33,781 bases of DNA from an uncultured bacterium (GCA_964482745.1 CAYZZY010000003.1:1-33781); one strand, 5' to 3'; shown: positions 1 through 11,251, counted from the first letter of the stretch. Numbers and translations: made by a program. Notes: generated by a model from the letters alone, not told the origin.

Positions 1-228
1 GAACATGCGCCGGCTCTTCCTGCGGGGCATCCGCCGGTGATGCCGCCGGGCCATCCGCCGATTATGCCCGAAGGGCATCCTCCCGTGAGCCGTGGGTCAG
101 CGGGGGGCGCATCGGCGCATAATGGACTGATCCGACAATCACCCCATGCCGGCCTGGACGCGCATGCAGAAATTCCCGAAGGTTCGCACGGAAAGTCCGA
201 ACATGCGGGCCATGGTGGAGACGAATAA
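1..228 (+). CDS. 3' end of a His/Pro-rich low-complexity protein (5' end outside the window), function unknown
   Basis: Frame 1 is open from nt 1 to the TAA at 226-228. The translated tail EHAPALPAGHPPVMPPGHPPIMPEGHPPV... has tandem GHPP-containing 8-aa units and about ten His in 75 residues. The stop overlaps the nuoN start (TAATG). No transmembrane character, so it is not a NuoM C-terminus. Confidence 0.45.
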   Translation, partial: EHAPALPAGHPPVMPPGHPPIMPEGHPPVSRGSAGGASAHNGLIRQSPHAGLDAHAEIPEGSHGKSEHAGHGGDE

Positions 229-1733
229 TGCAGGTTCCGGTAATCGATATAACTGCGGTCTATCCCGAGGTTATTGTTGCCTTTATTGGCTTGTCTGTCC
301 TGGCGATTGACATTTTCAGCAAGCGTGAGCGGAAGACATTGCTTTCCGTCATTGCCCTGATTGGGCTGTCGGCGGCGCTGTTGACCATGGTGTACTACTT
401 CCAGGAGGACAAGATTGCCTTCAGCGGAATGGTCGCGGCGGACCCTTACGCTCAATTCTTCAAGATGATTTTCATCCTGGCTGCCGCCTTCACAATACTG
501 ATGTCTCCCCGATATCTCAGGCTCTTCAATATCAATGTGGCCGAATATTTCGAACTCATACTCTTTGCCACACTCGGAATGATGGTGATGGTCGCCGCAA
601 ACGACCTTGTCGCCATCTATATCGGGTTGGAACTCATGGCCATCTCGATATATCTGATGGCCGGCTTTCAAAGGGACAATCCGCGTTCCGGTGAGGCCTC
701 CATAAAATATTTTCTCCTGGGGGCATTTGCTTCGGCAATACTGCTCTACGGGATGTCATTCCTTTACGGCATCACGGGCACAACCAATCTCCAGGAAATC
801 GCGCGAAACATCGAGATCCCTCAGAGCATTTATGATCCCAAATTGCTGGGCCTGTCGCTCGTATTGATAACCATCGGGTTTGCTTTCAAAATCGCGGCAG
901 TACCGTTCCATATGTGGACTCCGGATGTGTATGAAGGCGCGCCGACGCCATTGACCGCTTTTATGTCGGTCGGCCCCAAGGTCGCAGGCTTCGCCGTCAT
1001 TATGCGCGTTTACATTACCGTTTTCGATACCCTTGCTTCCGACTGGATCAAACTCTTCTGGCTTCTGGCGTTACTCACAATGATTGTCGGTAATATAGTG
1101 GCCGTGGCGCAGCAAAGCGTGAAGCGGATGCTTGCTTATTCGAGCATTGCACATGCAGGGTATCTGCTTATCGGGGTGGTATCGGCGGGATCTGCCCTCG
1201 GATTGACGCAGAACTCCGACATAAATCTTCTGCTTACCGGCGAATCAATGACCAGTGTAATGGTCTATTTGTTCGCTTACATGTTTATGAACCTGGGTGC
1301 ATTCGCCGTTTTGATTATGCTTGCCAGGGCCGATGACCCCCGCGAGTCGCTTGAGGATTTCGCGGGCCTTGCAAAACGCAGACCCCTCACGGCGATGCTA
1401 ATGACGATATTGATGCTTTCGCTCGCGGGGATACCGGGTACATTCGGGTTTGTGGGAAAGTTCTATATTTTCAAGGCAGCCATACAAACTCAGAACGTGC
1501 CCCTGGCCGTCATTGGCGTTATCATGAGTGTCGTGTCAGCCTTTTACTATATCCGGGTCATTGTGTATATGTATATGCGTGAGCCGGAGGGTGAGGCGCC
1601 GGCCGGAGACGAATATGCCGGCTCGACAATGTATGCAGCCATATCGACCACGATATTTACGATCGTCTTCGGACTCTATCCGGTTTTTATTATCGATATG
1701 GCGCGGTTTACGATCAGCCAGATGCTGGCCTGA
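228..1733 (+). CDS. nuoN: NADH-quinone oxidoreductase (complex I) subunit N
   Basis: 501-aa polytopic membrane protein. The N-terminus (VYPEVIVAFIGLSVLAIDIF) and the core motifs (AVPFHMWTPDVYEGAPTP, MLAYSSIAHAGY) are typical of the NuoN/ND2 antiporter-like subunit. A GGAG RBS lies upstream of the ATG. Confidence 0.9.
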   Translation: MQVPVIDITAVYPEVIVAFIGLSVLAIDIFSKRERKTLLSVIALIGLSAALLTMVYYFQEDKIAFSGMVAADPYAQFFKMIFILAAAFTILMSPRYLRLFNINVAEYFELILFATLGMMVMVAANDLVAIYIGLELMAISIYLMAGFQRDNPRSGEASIKYFLLGAFASAILLYGMSFLYGITGTTNLQEIARNIEIPQSIYDPKLLGLSLVLITIGFAFKIAAVPFHMWTPDVYEGAPTPLTAFMSVGPKVAGFAVIMRVYITVFDTLASDWIKLFWLLALLTMIVGNIVAVAQQSVKRMLAYSSIAHAGYLLIGVVSAGSALGLTQNSDINLLLTGESMTSVMVYLFAYMFMNLGAFAVLIMLARADDPRESLEDFAGLAKRRPLTAMLMTILMLSLAGIPGTFGFVGKFYIFKAAIQTQNVPLAVIGVIMSVVSAFYYIRVIVYMYMREPEGEAPAGDEYAGSTMYAAISTTIFTIVFGLYPVFIIDMARFTISQMLA

Positions 1734-1796
1734 GGCTGACGACGTGAAGGTCGCGGTTCATCTAAAGAGAAGCACGATCGATTTGGCAACGGAACA

Positions 1797-2057
1797 GTGA
1801 AACAAAACACAAGCAAAGCGATTGAGAATTTCTCCCGATACAAAGCGCTGGCCGTCGAGATAGCGGTTGCCGTGATTGCGCCGATGCTTCTGGGACACTG
1901 GCTGGATTCGCGTACCGGCAAGGATCCCTGGTTCACCATTGCGGGAGTTGTTCTGGGAGGAGCGGCGGCTTTTCGGTCGGTCCAGAGGGCAGTAACCGGG
2001 TCGCTTAAGGATTTAGAGGAGAGCGAAGGATCATCGAGGCCGGAATCATCCACATGA
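1797..2057 (+). CDS. atpZ: AtpZ/AtpR-like small membrane protein (ATP synthase 'gene 1' family)
   Basis: 86 aa with a GTG start and two predicted TM helices. The G..LD...G..PWFT......LG motif is typical of the family. It sits first in the atp operon, and its stop overlaps the atpI start (ATGA). Confidence 0.6.
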   Translation: MKQNTSKAIENFSRYKALAVEIAVAVIAPMLLGHWLDSRTGKDPWFTIAGVVLGGAAAFRSVQRAVTGSLKDLEESEGSSRPESST

Positions 2058-2374
2058 ATATCATGCATATCATAGTCGGCTTGGCTGTTGGAATCGCTAT
2101 AGGCGCGATGGATTTTTCTTTGGCGAGATCGATCGCAACGATGATTCGGACCGCCAAAGTGCGTACGGTGCAGGTCATCATGGTAAGCGGATTCATGTTT
2201 CGAATCGTTGCAATAGGCATTGTGCTCTGGGTGGTCTCACACGCGGACAAATCCATTTTTATGGCGGTGTGTGTCGGACTGCTGGTCACGTTTACAATCC
2301 TGACACTTGGGCATGCAATCAGGTCATTTACGGGAACTGTTCGAATTCAGAAGCAAATGTCCGATAGGAGGTAA
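2054..2374 (+). CDS. atpI: ATP synthase protein I-like membrane protein
   Basis: 106 aa and hydrophobic (3-4 TM helices). It lies immediately upstream of atpB and is ATGA-coupled to the preceding gene. The call rests on position and topology, not on a strong motif. Confidence 0.6.
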   Translation: MNIMHIIVGLAVGIAIGAMDFSLARSIATMIRTAKVRTVQVIMVSGFMFRIVAIGIVLWVVSHADKSIFMAVCVGLLVTFTILTLGHAIRSFTGTVRIQKQMSDRR

Positions 2375-2379
2375 GTACA

Positions 2380-3114
2380 TTGGGACACGCACAACTTCAG
2401 AATCTTACTGAGTGGGGGATATTTTCCATCAATAAGGCCGTCATATGGATGCTAATCTCTGCGTTGGTATCCTTTCTTGTCATCTATATGGCCGGCAGGA
2501 AATCGCTGGTACCGGGAAAATATCAGGGCGCGATGGAGGTTATCCTGAGCGGGATCAGGCAAAAGATGGTGCTCGACACCATGGGACCGGAAGGATTGCC
2601 GTTCTTTCCATTCATCGCATCGCTCTTCTTCTTTATTTTCTTCTGCAACATAGTGGGTATCTTCCCGCTGGGCCATTTAGGCTACACGGCGACCTCGAAT
2701 ATCCATGTGACAGCGACACTGGCCGTGATGGTCTTTGGGATTGTGCTGATCACGGGGATACGAAAGAAAGGACCTGTTGGATACATTAAGAGTTTTGTGC
2801 CCGGCGGCGTGCCGGTTTTGCTGCTTCCGCTGATCTTTCCGGTGGAAATCATCAGTCTTTTCGCCAAGCACTTCGCGCTGGCAGTTCGTTTGTTTGCAAA
2901 TATGATGGCAGGCCACCAGGTTATCATTGTGTTCGCCCAGGGAGCGGCCGCGCTTTTCTTCGGCAGTTGGCTGTTGAAAGTGTTTTTCCCATTCCCGTTC
3001 CTCGGGGTGGTGGTAATGCTCATTTTTGAGATTTTTGTTGCGCTCATTCAGTCGTTTATCTTTGCGATTCTTGCCTCGTTGTATATTGGAGATTCGCTTC
3101 GAGAACATCACTAG
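2380..3114 (+). CDS. atpB: F-type ATP synthase Fo subunit a
   Basis: 244 aa, TTG start preceded by an AGGAGG RBS. The essential-Arg helix motif LAVRLFANMMAGH is present. Confidence 0.92.
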   Translation: MGHAQLQNLTEWGIFSINKAVIWMLISALVSFLVIYMAGRKSLVPGKYQGAMEVILSGIRQKMVLDTMGPEGLPFFPFIASLFFFIFFCNIVGIFPLGHLGYTATSNIHVTATLAVMVFGIVLITGIRKKGPVGYIKSFVPGGVPVLLLPLIFPVEIISLFAKHFALAVRLFANMMAGHQVIIVFAQGAAALFFGSWLLKVFFPFPFLGVVVMLIFEIFVALIQSFIFAILASLYIGDSLREHH

Positions 3115-3125
3115 GAATTGCTTAA

Positions 3126-3386
<261 letters not shown>

Positions 3387-3426
3387 CCGGCGGATAAACA
3401 CAATCCCAATAGTGGAGGTGAACGAA

Positions 3427-4038
3427 GTGGCTGAAACTGTATTCTATTTGGCGAGCGAGACCGAAGGTGTTGCGCCTGTGAATATCGATCAGGTTGAACA
3501 CACGGCCACGACTGCCCATGAGGAGCATCCGACAGAGCACGCCGCACCGCAACCGGAATATAACCTCGTTGTGTGGACCGCCATAGCGTTTCTCATTGTG
3601 TTTTGGATACTCAAGAAGTTCGCATTTCCGAGGATCATGGTGATGCTTGAGGAGCGCAACGAGAAAATCGAGGGCGATCTGAAGAACGCCGAACTCACGC
3701 GGGAAGATGCTGAAAAGATGCTTGCCGAATATAAGGCGCAGCTCAATGAAGCCCGCGCCGAGGCGAAGAAGATCATGGATGAAGGCAAATCGCTCGGAGA
3801 GAACCTGCGCAAGGAAACAATAGTAAAGGCGCAGGAGGAGGCCAACCAACTCATCAAACGCGCGCAGGATGAAATCGGGCGCGAGAAGGACAAGGCCATA
3901 AAGGAACTCCAGAGCCAGATTGCCGACATATCCATAGAAGTGGCGTCGAAGGTTATACAGAAATCACTGAGCAAAGAGGAACATGGCAAACTTATCGACG
4001 ACTACGTCACCGAGGTAGGTAAGCTCTATGAAGGTTGA
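3427..4038 (+). CDS. atpF: F-type ATP synthase Fo subunit b
   Basis: Single TM helix (VVWTAIAFLIVFWILKKFAFP) followed by a long charged helix. The ORF track starts at GTG 3412, but that GTG lies inside a GGAGGTG RBS-like sequence. I therefore prefer the GTG at 3427, 8 nt downstream. Either start leaves a roughly 45-aa N-terminal extension. Confidence 0.85.
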   Translation: MAETVFYLASETEGVAPVNIDQVEHTATTAHEEHPTEHAAPQPEYNLVVWTAIAFLIVFWILKKFAFPRIMVMLEERNEKIEGDLKNAELTREDAEKMLAEYKAQLNEARAEAKKIMDEGKSLGENLRKETIVKAQEEANQLIKRAQDEIGREKDKAIKELQSQIADISIEVASKVIQKSLSKEEHGKLIDDYVTEVGKLYEG

Positions 4039-4564
4039 CCCGATAGTAAGCGCATATGCCGAATCCCTCTTTCGCCTGGCTTCGGCCGAGGAAATGGCCG
4101 ACCGTGTCGAAGAAGAACTTCACGAACTCGAGCGCCTTTATAAGGACAATTACGAGTTGAAGGAGTTCATCAACAATCCACGGGTCAAGGCGGAGGGCAA
4201 GAAGGACGCACTTGTCGAACTGCTGGGTGACAAGCTCACTCCTATCACGCTCAACCACATGCATCTCATGATCGATCAGGACCGCGGGCGCATGTTTCCG
4301 AAAATCGCCGAGGAATACTATCGTCTTGCAGGCGAGGTGAGGTCTAAGGTGACGGCAGAGGTCATCACGGCCATGCCAATGTCTGATGATTCTCGGGAAC
4401 GGCTCGGCGAAGCGCTGAGAAAGCTAACAAAAAAAGATGTGTATCTGCGCGTGCGTGTGGATGAGTCGATACTGGGTGGCGCGATCGTCAGGGTAGGCGA
4501 TAAGGTCCTGGACGGCAGCGTTCGAAATAAGTTGAAACAACTGAAGAAGCAGATGATAGGGTAA
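4028..4564 (+). CDS. atpH: F-type ATP synthase F1 subunit delta (OSCP)
   Basis: 178 aa between atpF and atpA, overlapping the atpF end by 11 nt. The C-terminal motif SILGGAIVRVGDKVLDGSVR is typical of delta/OSCP. Confidence 0.85.
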   Translation: MKVDPIVSAYAESLFRLASAEEMADRVEEELHELERLYKDNYELKEFINNPRVKAEGKKDALVELLGDKLTPITLNHMHLMIDQDRGRMFPKIAEEYYRLAGEVRSKVTAEVITAMPMSDDSRERLGEALRKLTKKDVYLRVRVDESILGGAIVRVGDKVLDGSVRNKLKQLKKQMIG

Positions 4565-4601
4565 GTCCTCATCGTTTCTTCAATGAGAGGGAGGATAAGT
4601 C

Positions 4602-6122
4602 TTGGAACTCAAGCTAGATCCTGCTGAAATATCATCAGTGCTGCGGCGACATATTGAAGAGTCGCAGGTGGCCGTCGGCATGGAGGAAGTCGGCGAGGTA
4701 ATCGAGACCGGCGACGGCATTGCCCGCATCAAAGGGCTGCCAAGCTGCATGTCATCCGAGATGCTCGAATTGCCCGGGGGCATCTATGCGATGGCTCTTA
4801 ATCTGGAAATGGACCAGATCGGCGCCGTCATCCTGGCGGATGCTGATAAAGTGGAACAGGGGGACCAGGTAAAACGGACGGGCAGAATTCTTGAAGTGCC
4901 CGTCGGCCCCGAACTGGTCGGTCGCGTCGTTAATGGAGTCGGACTGCCGGTTGACGGCAAAGGTCCTTTGAACAATAAGAAATTCGGTCCCATCGAAGGA
5001 CGCTCGCCCAATGTCGTGCAGAGACAGCCGGTGAAGGAGCCTGTGCAGACGGGATTGAAATGTATCGACTCGATGATCCCCATCGGGCGCGGGCAGCGCG
5101 AACTTATCATCGGAGACCGGCAGACAGGCAAGACCGCGCTCGCGATTGATGCGATAATAAACCAGCGCGATACCGATGTATACTGCATCTATGTGGCCAT
5201 CGGACAGAAGCAGTCGACCGTTGTCGGCGTCATGGAGACGCTCGAGAGATACGGGGCGATGGACTATACGATTATCGTGGCCGCAAACGCCAGCGACCCG
5301 TCATCGATGCAGTATATCGCTCCCTTTGCCGGGTGCGCGATGGGTGAAGCGTTCCGCGACGACGGGAAGCATGCGCTGATCATATATGACGATCTGTCGA
5401 AACACGCGTCCGCATATCGTACGATGTCCCTGTTACTCAGGAGGCCTCCGGGACGAGAGGCGTTCCCCGGCGATATCTTCAACCTGCATTCGCGTCTGCT
5501 CGAGCGCGCCGCAAAGCTTTCCGACGATCTCGGCGGCGGGTCGCTTACCGCGCTCCCGATCGTGGAAACCCAGGCGGGCGACTTCTCGGCGTATATTCCG
5601 ACAAACGTCATTTCCATTACCGACGGGCAGATATATCTCCAAACCGAGCTGTTCTACGCCGGCGTAAGACCGGCGGTTTCGGTTGGATTGTCGGTCTCAC
5701 GCGTGGGCGGTAACGCCCAGATTCCCGGCATGAAAAAGGTTGCCGGCACGTTGCGCCTGAGCCTCGCACAGTACAGGGAGCTTGCAGCATTCGCCCAGTT
5801 CGGGTCAGATCTGGACAAGGCGACCCAGGCGCAGTTGGCCAGGGGAGAGCGACTGGTAGAGGTGCTCAAACAGCCGCAGTACGAACCTATGCCGGTGGAG
5901 CAGCAGGTTATGATTGTCGCCGTGGCGAATTTAGGGCTGCTCGACGATATTCCTGCCGACGAGATAACATCGTTTGAGAGCGACTTCCATGAATATATGA
6001 AGGACAAATATCCGGCCATTGGAAGCTCGATTCGCGAGACCAAACAGGTGAGCGACGAGACAATGGAAGACATTAAGAAGGCGACAGAAGAGTTCAAGCT
6101 TCTGTTCAAACCGGCAGAATAA
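4602..6122 (+). CDS. atpA: F-type ATP synthase F1 subunit alpha
   Basis: 506 aa with Walker A GDRQTGKT and the motifs DDLSKHA and [12 protein letters not shown] start after a GGAGG RBS. Confidence 0.97.
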   Translation: MELKLDPAEISSVLRRHIEESQVAVGMEEVGEVIETGDGIARIKGLPSCMSSEMLELPGGIYAMALNLEMDQIGAVILADADKVEQGDQVKRTGRILEVPVGPELVGRVVNGVGLPVDGKGPLNNKKFGPIEGRSPNVVQRQPVKEPVQTGLKCIDSMIPIGRGQRELIIGDRQTGKTALAIDAIINQRDTDVYCIYVAIGQKQSTVVGVMETLERYGAMDYTIIVAANASDPSSMQYIAPFAGCAMGEAFRDDGKHALIIYDDLSKHASAYRTMSLLLRRPPGREAFPGDIFNLHSRLLERAAKLSDDLGGGSLTALPIVETQAGDFSAYIPTNVISITDGQIYLQTELFYAGVRPAVSVGLSVSRVGGNAQIPGMKKVAGTLRLSLAQYRELAAFAQFGSDLDKATQAQLARGERLVEVLKQPQYEPMPVEQQVMIVAVANLGLLDDIPADEITSFESDFHEYMKDKYPAIGSSIRETKQVSDETMEDIKKATEEFKLLFKPAE

Positions 6123-6124
6123 GA

Positions 6125-6997
6125 ATGGCAAATACTCGCGAAATCCGAAATCGTATTCGAAGCGTAAAAAACATTCAGCAAATAACGCGCGCGATGGAGA
6201 TGGTGGCGGCGTCGAAACTGAAACGGGCGACAGAACTCGTCGAAGCTGCCAGGCCATACGCCGACAAGCTGCGACACGTAATGCGCGAAGTCGGCAAGTC
6301 GGCATCCGGGGTTTCCCATCCTCTTCTTGCGCAGAGGCCGGTCGAGCGAACCTGTGTCCTGGTGATGGCGTCCGACAAGGGTCTTTGCGGCGCGTATAAC
6401 GGGAATGTGATTGCGAAGGCGATGAGATTCATGAAGCCCATGAATCCCGAGGCAGTACGGCTGTTAGTGATCGGGAAAAAGGCAAGGGATTTCTTCAAGA
6501 GACGGCCATACGAAATAGTGAACTACTGGTCGTTCCCGAGCCGTGAAATCGAGGTTTCGCTTGTCGCCGAGATCACCCGTTTTCTTGCCGAAGGCTATGA
6601 GAAGGCCGATTTCGACCGGGTGGTCCTGTTCTACACAAAGTTCAAGAGCGCGATGTCGACCACTCCTGTCGAAGTGCAGTTGCTTCCATTCGAGAGTGGA
6701 AATGAAGAGGAAGAAGCCGCAGGAGCCGGCGCCCTGTATATTTTCGAGCCGACCGCAGAAGAACTCATGGCGAAGCTTCTGCCGAAGTATCTTCAAAACC
6801 AGATTTATCAGGCATTCGTCGAGGCCGCCGCATCCGAGAATGGCAACCGGATGGTATCAATGAGAAACGCCACCGAAAATGCGGATGAAATGATTCACAA
6901 TCTGACGCTCAGCTACAACAAGATGCGCCAGGCCTCCATCACGGGTGAACTGCTCGAGGTCGTGGCGGGGGCTGATGCGACCGCGAAAAAGAAGTAA
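6125..6997 (+). CDS. atpG: F-type ATP synthase F1 subunit gamma
   Basis: 290 aa. The N-terminus MANTREIRNRIRSVKNIQQITRAMEMVAASKL and the C-terminus ITGELLEVVAGA are diagnostic of gamma. Confidence 0.93.
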   Translation: MANTREIRNRIRSVKNIQQITRAMEMVAASKLKRATELVEAARPYADKLRHVMREVGKSASGVSHPLLAQRPVERTCVLVMASDKGLCGAYNGNVIAKAMRFMKPMNPEAVRLLVIGKKARDFFKRRPYEIVNYWSFPSREIEVSLVAEITRFLAEGYEKADFDRVVLFYTKFKSAMSTTPVEVQLLPFESGNEEEEAAGAGALYIFEPTAEELMAKLLPKYLQNQIYQAFVEAAASENGNRMVSMRNATENADEMIHNLTLSYNKMRQASITGELLEVVAGADATAKKK

Positions 6998-7079
6998 GGC
7001 ACGCACCGAGGCAGTCACAGGCAGGATCGTTGGAAAAGTGGAGCAAGGGCTGAATAGGAAACTGTCCTCGACAGCTTAA

Positions 7080-8495
<1,416 letters not shown>

Positions 8496-8500
8496 CGCAA

Positions 8501-8908
8501 TTGGCGAAGTCTTATCCGCTCGAAATAGTCACTCTGAAAAGAACGGTTTTCAGCGACGATGTGGAGTGTGTCACGGTTCCCGGCGGACTCGGTTACCTCG
8601 GCATATTGGCCGGTCATGCTCCGTTGTTGACCAACGTTGAAATCGGAGTGATCACAATAAAGATTGACGGCGCTTCCGATCAAAAGATGGCAGTGGGAGA
8701 GGGCTTCCTTGTGGTCACGCCTACGTCGACCAGCCTGCTTGTAGATACTGCAGAGAAAAAGGAAGAGATCGATGTCGACCGGGCTCGCGCGGCGATGGAG
8801 CGGGCCCGCGATAGACTGGCGTCGTCTGATGACGATGCCGACACCATTCGGGCAGAAACCTCTCTCAAGCGTGCTATGGCGCGCCTTAAGATCGCCGGGG
8901 CAGCCTGA
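8501..8908 (+). CDS. atpC: F-type ATP synthase F1 subunit epsilon
   Basis: 135 aa with a TTG start, last gene of the operon. It has an N-terminal beta-sandwich-like sequence (GYLGILAGHAPLLT) and a C-terminal helical hairpin. Confidence 0.9.
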   Translation: MAKSYPLEIVTLKRTVFSDDVECVTVPGGLGYLGILAGHAPLLTNVEIGVITIKIDGASDQKMAVGEGFLVVTPTSTSLLVDTAEKKEEIDVDRARAAMERARDRLASSDDDADTIRAETSLKRAMARLKIAGAA

Positions 8909-8960
8909 GGCTTTTTGACAGGCCCTGGCCGCCCTTACGGGCGCCGATCACTCATTCTAC

Positions 8961-8991
8961 GCCGCCGCCTTTGCAGGCGGCCGGCCTTTTT
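8961..8991 (+). terminator. Rho-independent terminator of the atp operon
   Basis: GC stem GCCGCC (8964-8969) pairs with GGCGGC (8976-8981) around the loop TTTGCA. It is followed by CGGCC and a run of five T (8987-8991), 53 nt after the atpC stop. Confidence 0.7.
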
Positions 8992-9133
8992 GCATTCACG
9001 GATTATCCTTGTTATTGTTATAGTAGGAGTGTTTCTTCTATCAGGGATGAGACCCCTGTGAGGAAGATTGGCATAATAGTATTATAAAGCTGTCTGTCGT
9101 TGTTGATTCGCCCAAGAAAAAGGGGCTGAAAAC

Positions 9134-10930
9134 TTGTTCGAATCGCTGATTCCATCCCCGGTCGCGATGGCTCGAAAGCTGGGCCGTGTTCTCTTTCTTG
9201 CCGGATTGGTGGGATTTGTTGCCGGGCTCGGGGCGATCGCATTTTTTTGGATGCTTGAATTCACGAAGCATTACGCGCTTGGAGTCCTCGCTGGGTACTA
9301 TCCGCCCGGACCGGGTGGGGAGGCGCCTCTCTTTCCCGAAACCGATGCGGTTTTCCGCAGGTGGCTTCTTTTTCTCATTCCCGCCGTTGGGGGGCTGGTG
9401 AGCGGATGGATTGTCTATACGTTTGCTCCGGAGGCGGAGGGACACGGGACCGACGCCGCAATAACCTCCTATCATTTCAAAAGGGGCGAAGTAAGGGCCA
9501 GGGTGCCGCTGATAAAGGCCGTCTCGTCCGCCATTACGATCGGCACGGGCGGCTCGGGAGGAAGAGAAGGACCTATTGCCCAGATCGGTGCGGGTTTTGG
9601 CTCCATCCTGGCGAAGGCGCTCAAATTGAGCACCTATGAGCGGCGTATCCTGATGGCATCAGGAATGGCTGCGGGCATAGGAGCAATTTTCCATGCGCCC
9701 CTGGCAGGAGCCCTTTTCGCAGCCGAGGTGCTTTATAAAGAGATGGATATGGAATACGAGGTGATCGTGCCCGCGATCATTTCGTCGGTCGTCGCGTATG
9801 GCGTCTTTGCTACCAGGTTTGGATGGAACCCGCTGTTTGCAACGCCCGACTTTGTGTTTGAGAATTTTGCCGAGCTTCTGCCATATTTTATATTGGCCCT
9901 CGTTGTGGCGGGCGCCGCCGCCATATTCATCCAGATTTTCTATGGTGTAAGAGATGTTTTCGTGAAGATTCCCATCCCCAACTTTTTGAAGCCCGCCCTG
10001 GGCGGGCTGATTGTGGGAGGCATCGGATTCTTTCTGCCCGAAGCGCTGGGAACGGGCTACGGCGTAGTGCAGTGGGCCTTGGTAGGAAAGCTCGGCATCC
10101 CTATGCTCATTGCAATTGCCGGCGGCAAAATGCTTACCACCTCGTTTTCAATCGCCTCCGGCGGTAGCGGGGGGGTGTTTGGCCCGTCAGTCGTAATTGG
10201 GGGCGCCCTCGGAGGCGCCGTCGGTCTCGCAATGCAGTCGTTGTTCCCGGGCATGGATATCCAGGCGGGCGCCTTTGTCGTCGTAGGAATGGCGGGGTTT
10301 TTCGCAGCCGCCGCCAATACGCCCATTTCCACCGTCATAATGGTGAGCGAGATGACCGGGAATTATCACCTGCTGGTTCCGTCGATGTGGGTCTGCATAA
10401 TCGCATACCTTCTCGTGCGACGCTCCACCATTTATGAGAAGCAGCTTCCCACCCGCATGGATGCACCATCCCACATGGGAGAGATGATGGGGGGCATATT
10501 GACGCGGCTTACTGTTGCCGCCGCCATCGAGACAGGTGATCGTAAGCCTGTTATCAGCGTGAGCGAATCAACCACTCTCCGCGATCTCTTGGACAAGTTT
10601 GCCCATTCCAAGCAGACGTGTTTTCCCGTTGTTGATGAGGATGGAAAGATGGTCGGTGTCGTCAATGGAAACGACCTTCGCCATACGATAAGCGAGGCCG
10701 GTTTTGTCGACCAGCTCATTATCGCGAAGGAATTGGCCGAAAACCCGCCGACGCTTACGCCGGAGGAAGACCTTTACTCCGCCGTGCACAAGATGGTCTC
10801 TTCGCAGAATGATGCATTGGTCGTGGTAAGCGAAAATGATTCTCGAGAGGTCCTCGATGTCCTCAGTCGCGGTGACCTGGTGGCTGCATATGACCGCCAG
10901 GTTCTTGCAGGAGGCGCCCTTGCGCGATGA
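9134..10930 (+). CDS. ClC-family chloride/anion channel or H+-coupled exchanger with a C-terminal CBS-domain pair
   Basis: 598 aa, polytopic. ClC selectivity-filter motifs are present: GGREGPIAQIG (with the gating Glu) and GGVFGPS. The first motif is GHGTD rather than GSGIP. The C-terminal ~130 aa resemble tandem CBS domains (CFPVVDEDGKMVGVVNGNDL, ALVVVSENDSREVLDVLSRGDL). TTG start; the in-frame Met at MARKLG is an alternative. Confidence 0.9.
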   Translation: MFESLIPSPVAMARKLGRVLFLAGLVGFVAGLGAIAFFWMLEFTKHYALGVLAGYYPPGPGGEAPLFPETDAVFRRWLLFLIPAVGGLVSGWIVYTFAPEAEGHGTDAAITSYHFKRGEVRARVPLIKAVSSAITIGTGGSGGREGPIAQIGAGFGSILAKALKLSTYERRILMASGMAAGIGAIFHAPLAGALFAAEVLYKEMDMEYEVIVPAIISSVVAYGVFATRFGWNPLFATPDFVFENFAELLPYFILALVVAGAAAIFIQIFYGVRDVFVKIPIPNFLKPALGGLIVGGIGFFLPEALGTGYGVVQWALVGKLGIPMLIAIAGGKMLTTSFSIASGGSGGVFGPSVVIGGALGGAVGLAMQSLFPGMDIQAGAFVVVGMAGFFAAAANTPISTVIMVSEMTGNYHLLVPSMWVCIIAYLLVRRSTIYEKQLPTRMDAPSHMGEMMGGILTRLTVAAAIETGDRKPVISVSESTTLRDLLDKFAHSKQTCFPVVDEDGKMVGVVNGNDLRHTISEAGFVDQLIIAKELAENPPTLTPEEDLYSAVHKMVSSQNDALVVVSENDSREVLDVLSRGDLVAAYDRQVLAGGALAR

Positions 10931-10954
10931 CCGCCCCAGGGGCGGCCTGTTTTT
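10931..10954 (+). terminator. Putative rho-independent terminator after the ClC gene
   Basis: The palindrome CCGCCCCAGGGGCGG starts directly after the stop codon and is followed by CCTGTTTTT. Confidence 0.55.
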
Positions 10955-10990
10955 GCAGGCTTTAAGGCATGTGTAAGACCATCGCTCCCA

Positions 10991-11019
10991 TTGAAGTATT
11001 CGCTCTCCTATGTTATAAT
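10991..11019 (+). promoter_or_regulatory. Near-consensus sigma70-type promoter upstream of lptD
   Basis: TTGAAG (10991-10996), a 17-nt spacer, then TATAAT (11014-11019). This would give a leader of about 225 nt before the lptD start. A second TATAAT occurs near 11060. It is untested whether sigma70 consensus rules hold in this lineage. Confidence 0.45.
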
Positions 11020-11251
11020 CGCCTCATTCTGTATCTTGGGCTCTGCTGCGATTTCCGGTTATAATTATTGGGCGGCCGTCTTGTGCCATCCGGGATAAGT
11101 CATAAAGAGCAGGCGGTACGGCGGGAGTATCCTCAAATCCGTGCGCTATCCTGTATTCTGTCTTCGAGCAGCCCTCGAAATTGAATCGGCGGCGACACCT
11201 CATGTGACAGCGAAGAGTTGAAACTGGAAGTGGATTAAAGGCATTGCGGCA

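Noticed and set aside
3427-3570. The roughly 45-aa N-terminal extension of ATP synthase subunit b (His/Glu/Pro-rich), considered as a separate feature.
   Set aside because: There is no stop codon or alternative start between it and the TM helix. Variable N-terminal extensions of subunit b are common, so it is noted only in the feature evidence.
9040-9100. Possible fluoride (crcB-type) riboswitch upstream of the ClC gene. The hairpin CAGGG-ATGAGAC-CCCTG superficially recalls the GGCGAUGAGGCCCGCC start of that riboswitch.
   Set aside because: The conserved downstream elements as I recall them (an AACCGCC-like segment and the CUGAUGAUGCCUAC-like pseudoknot strand) are absent. The channel also has canonical GREGP/G.F.P motifs and CBS domains rather than ClC-F features.
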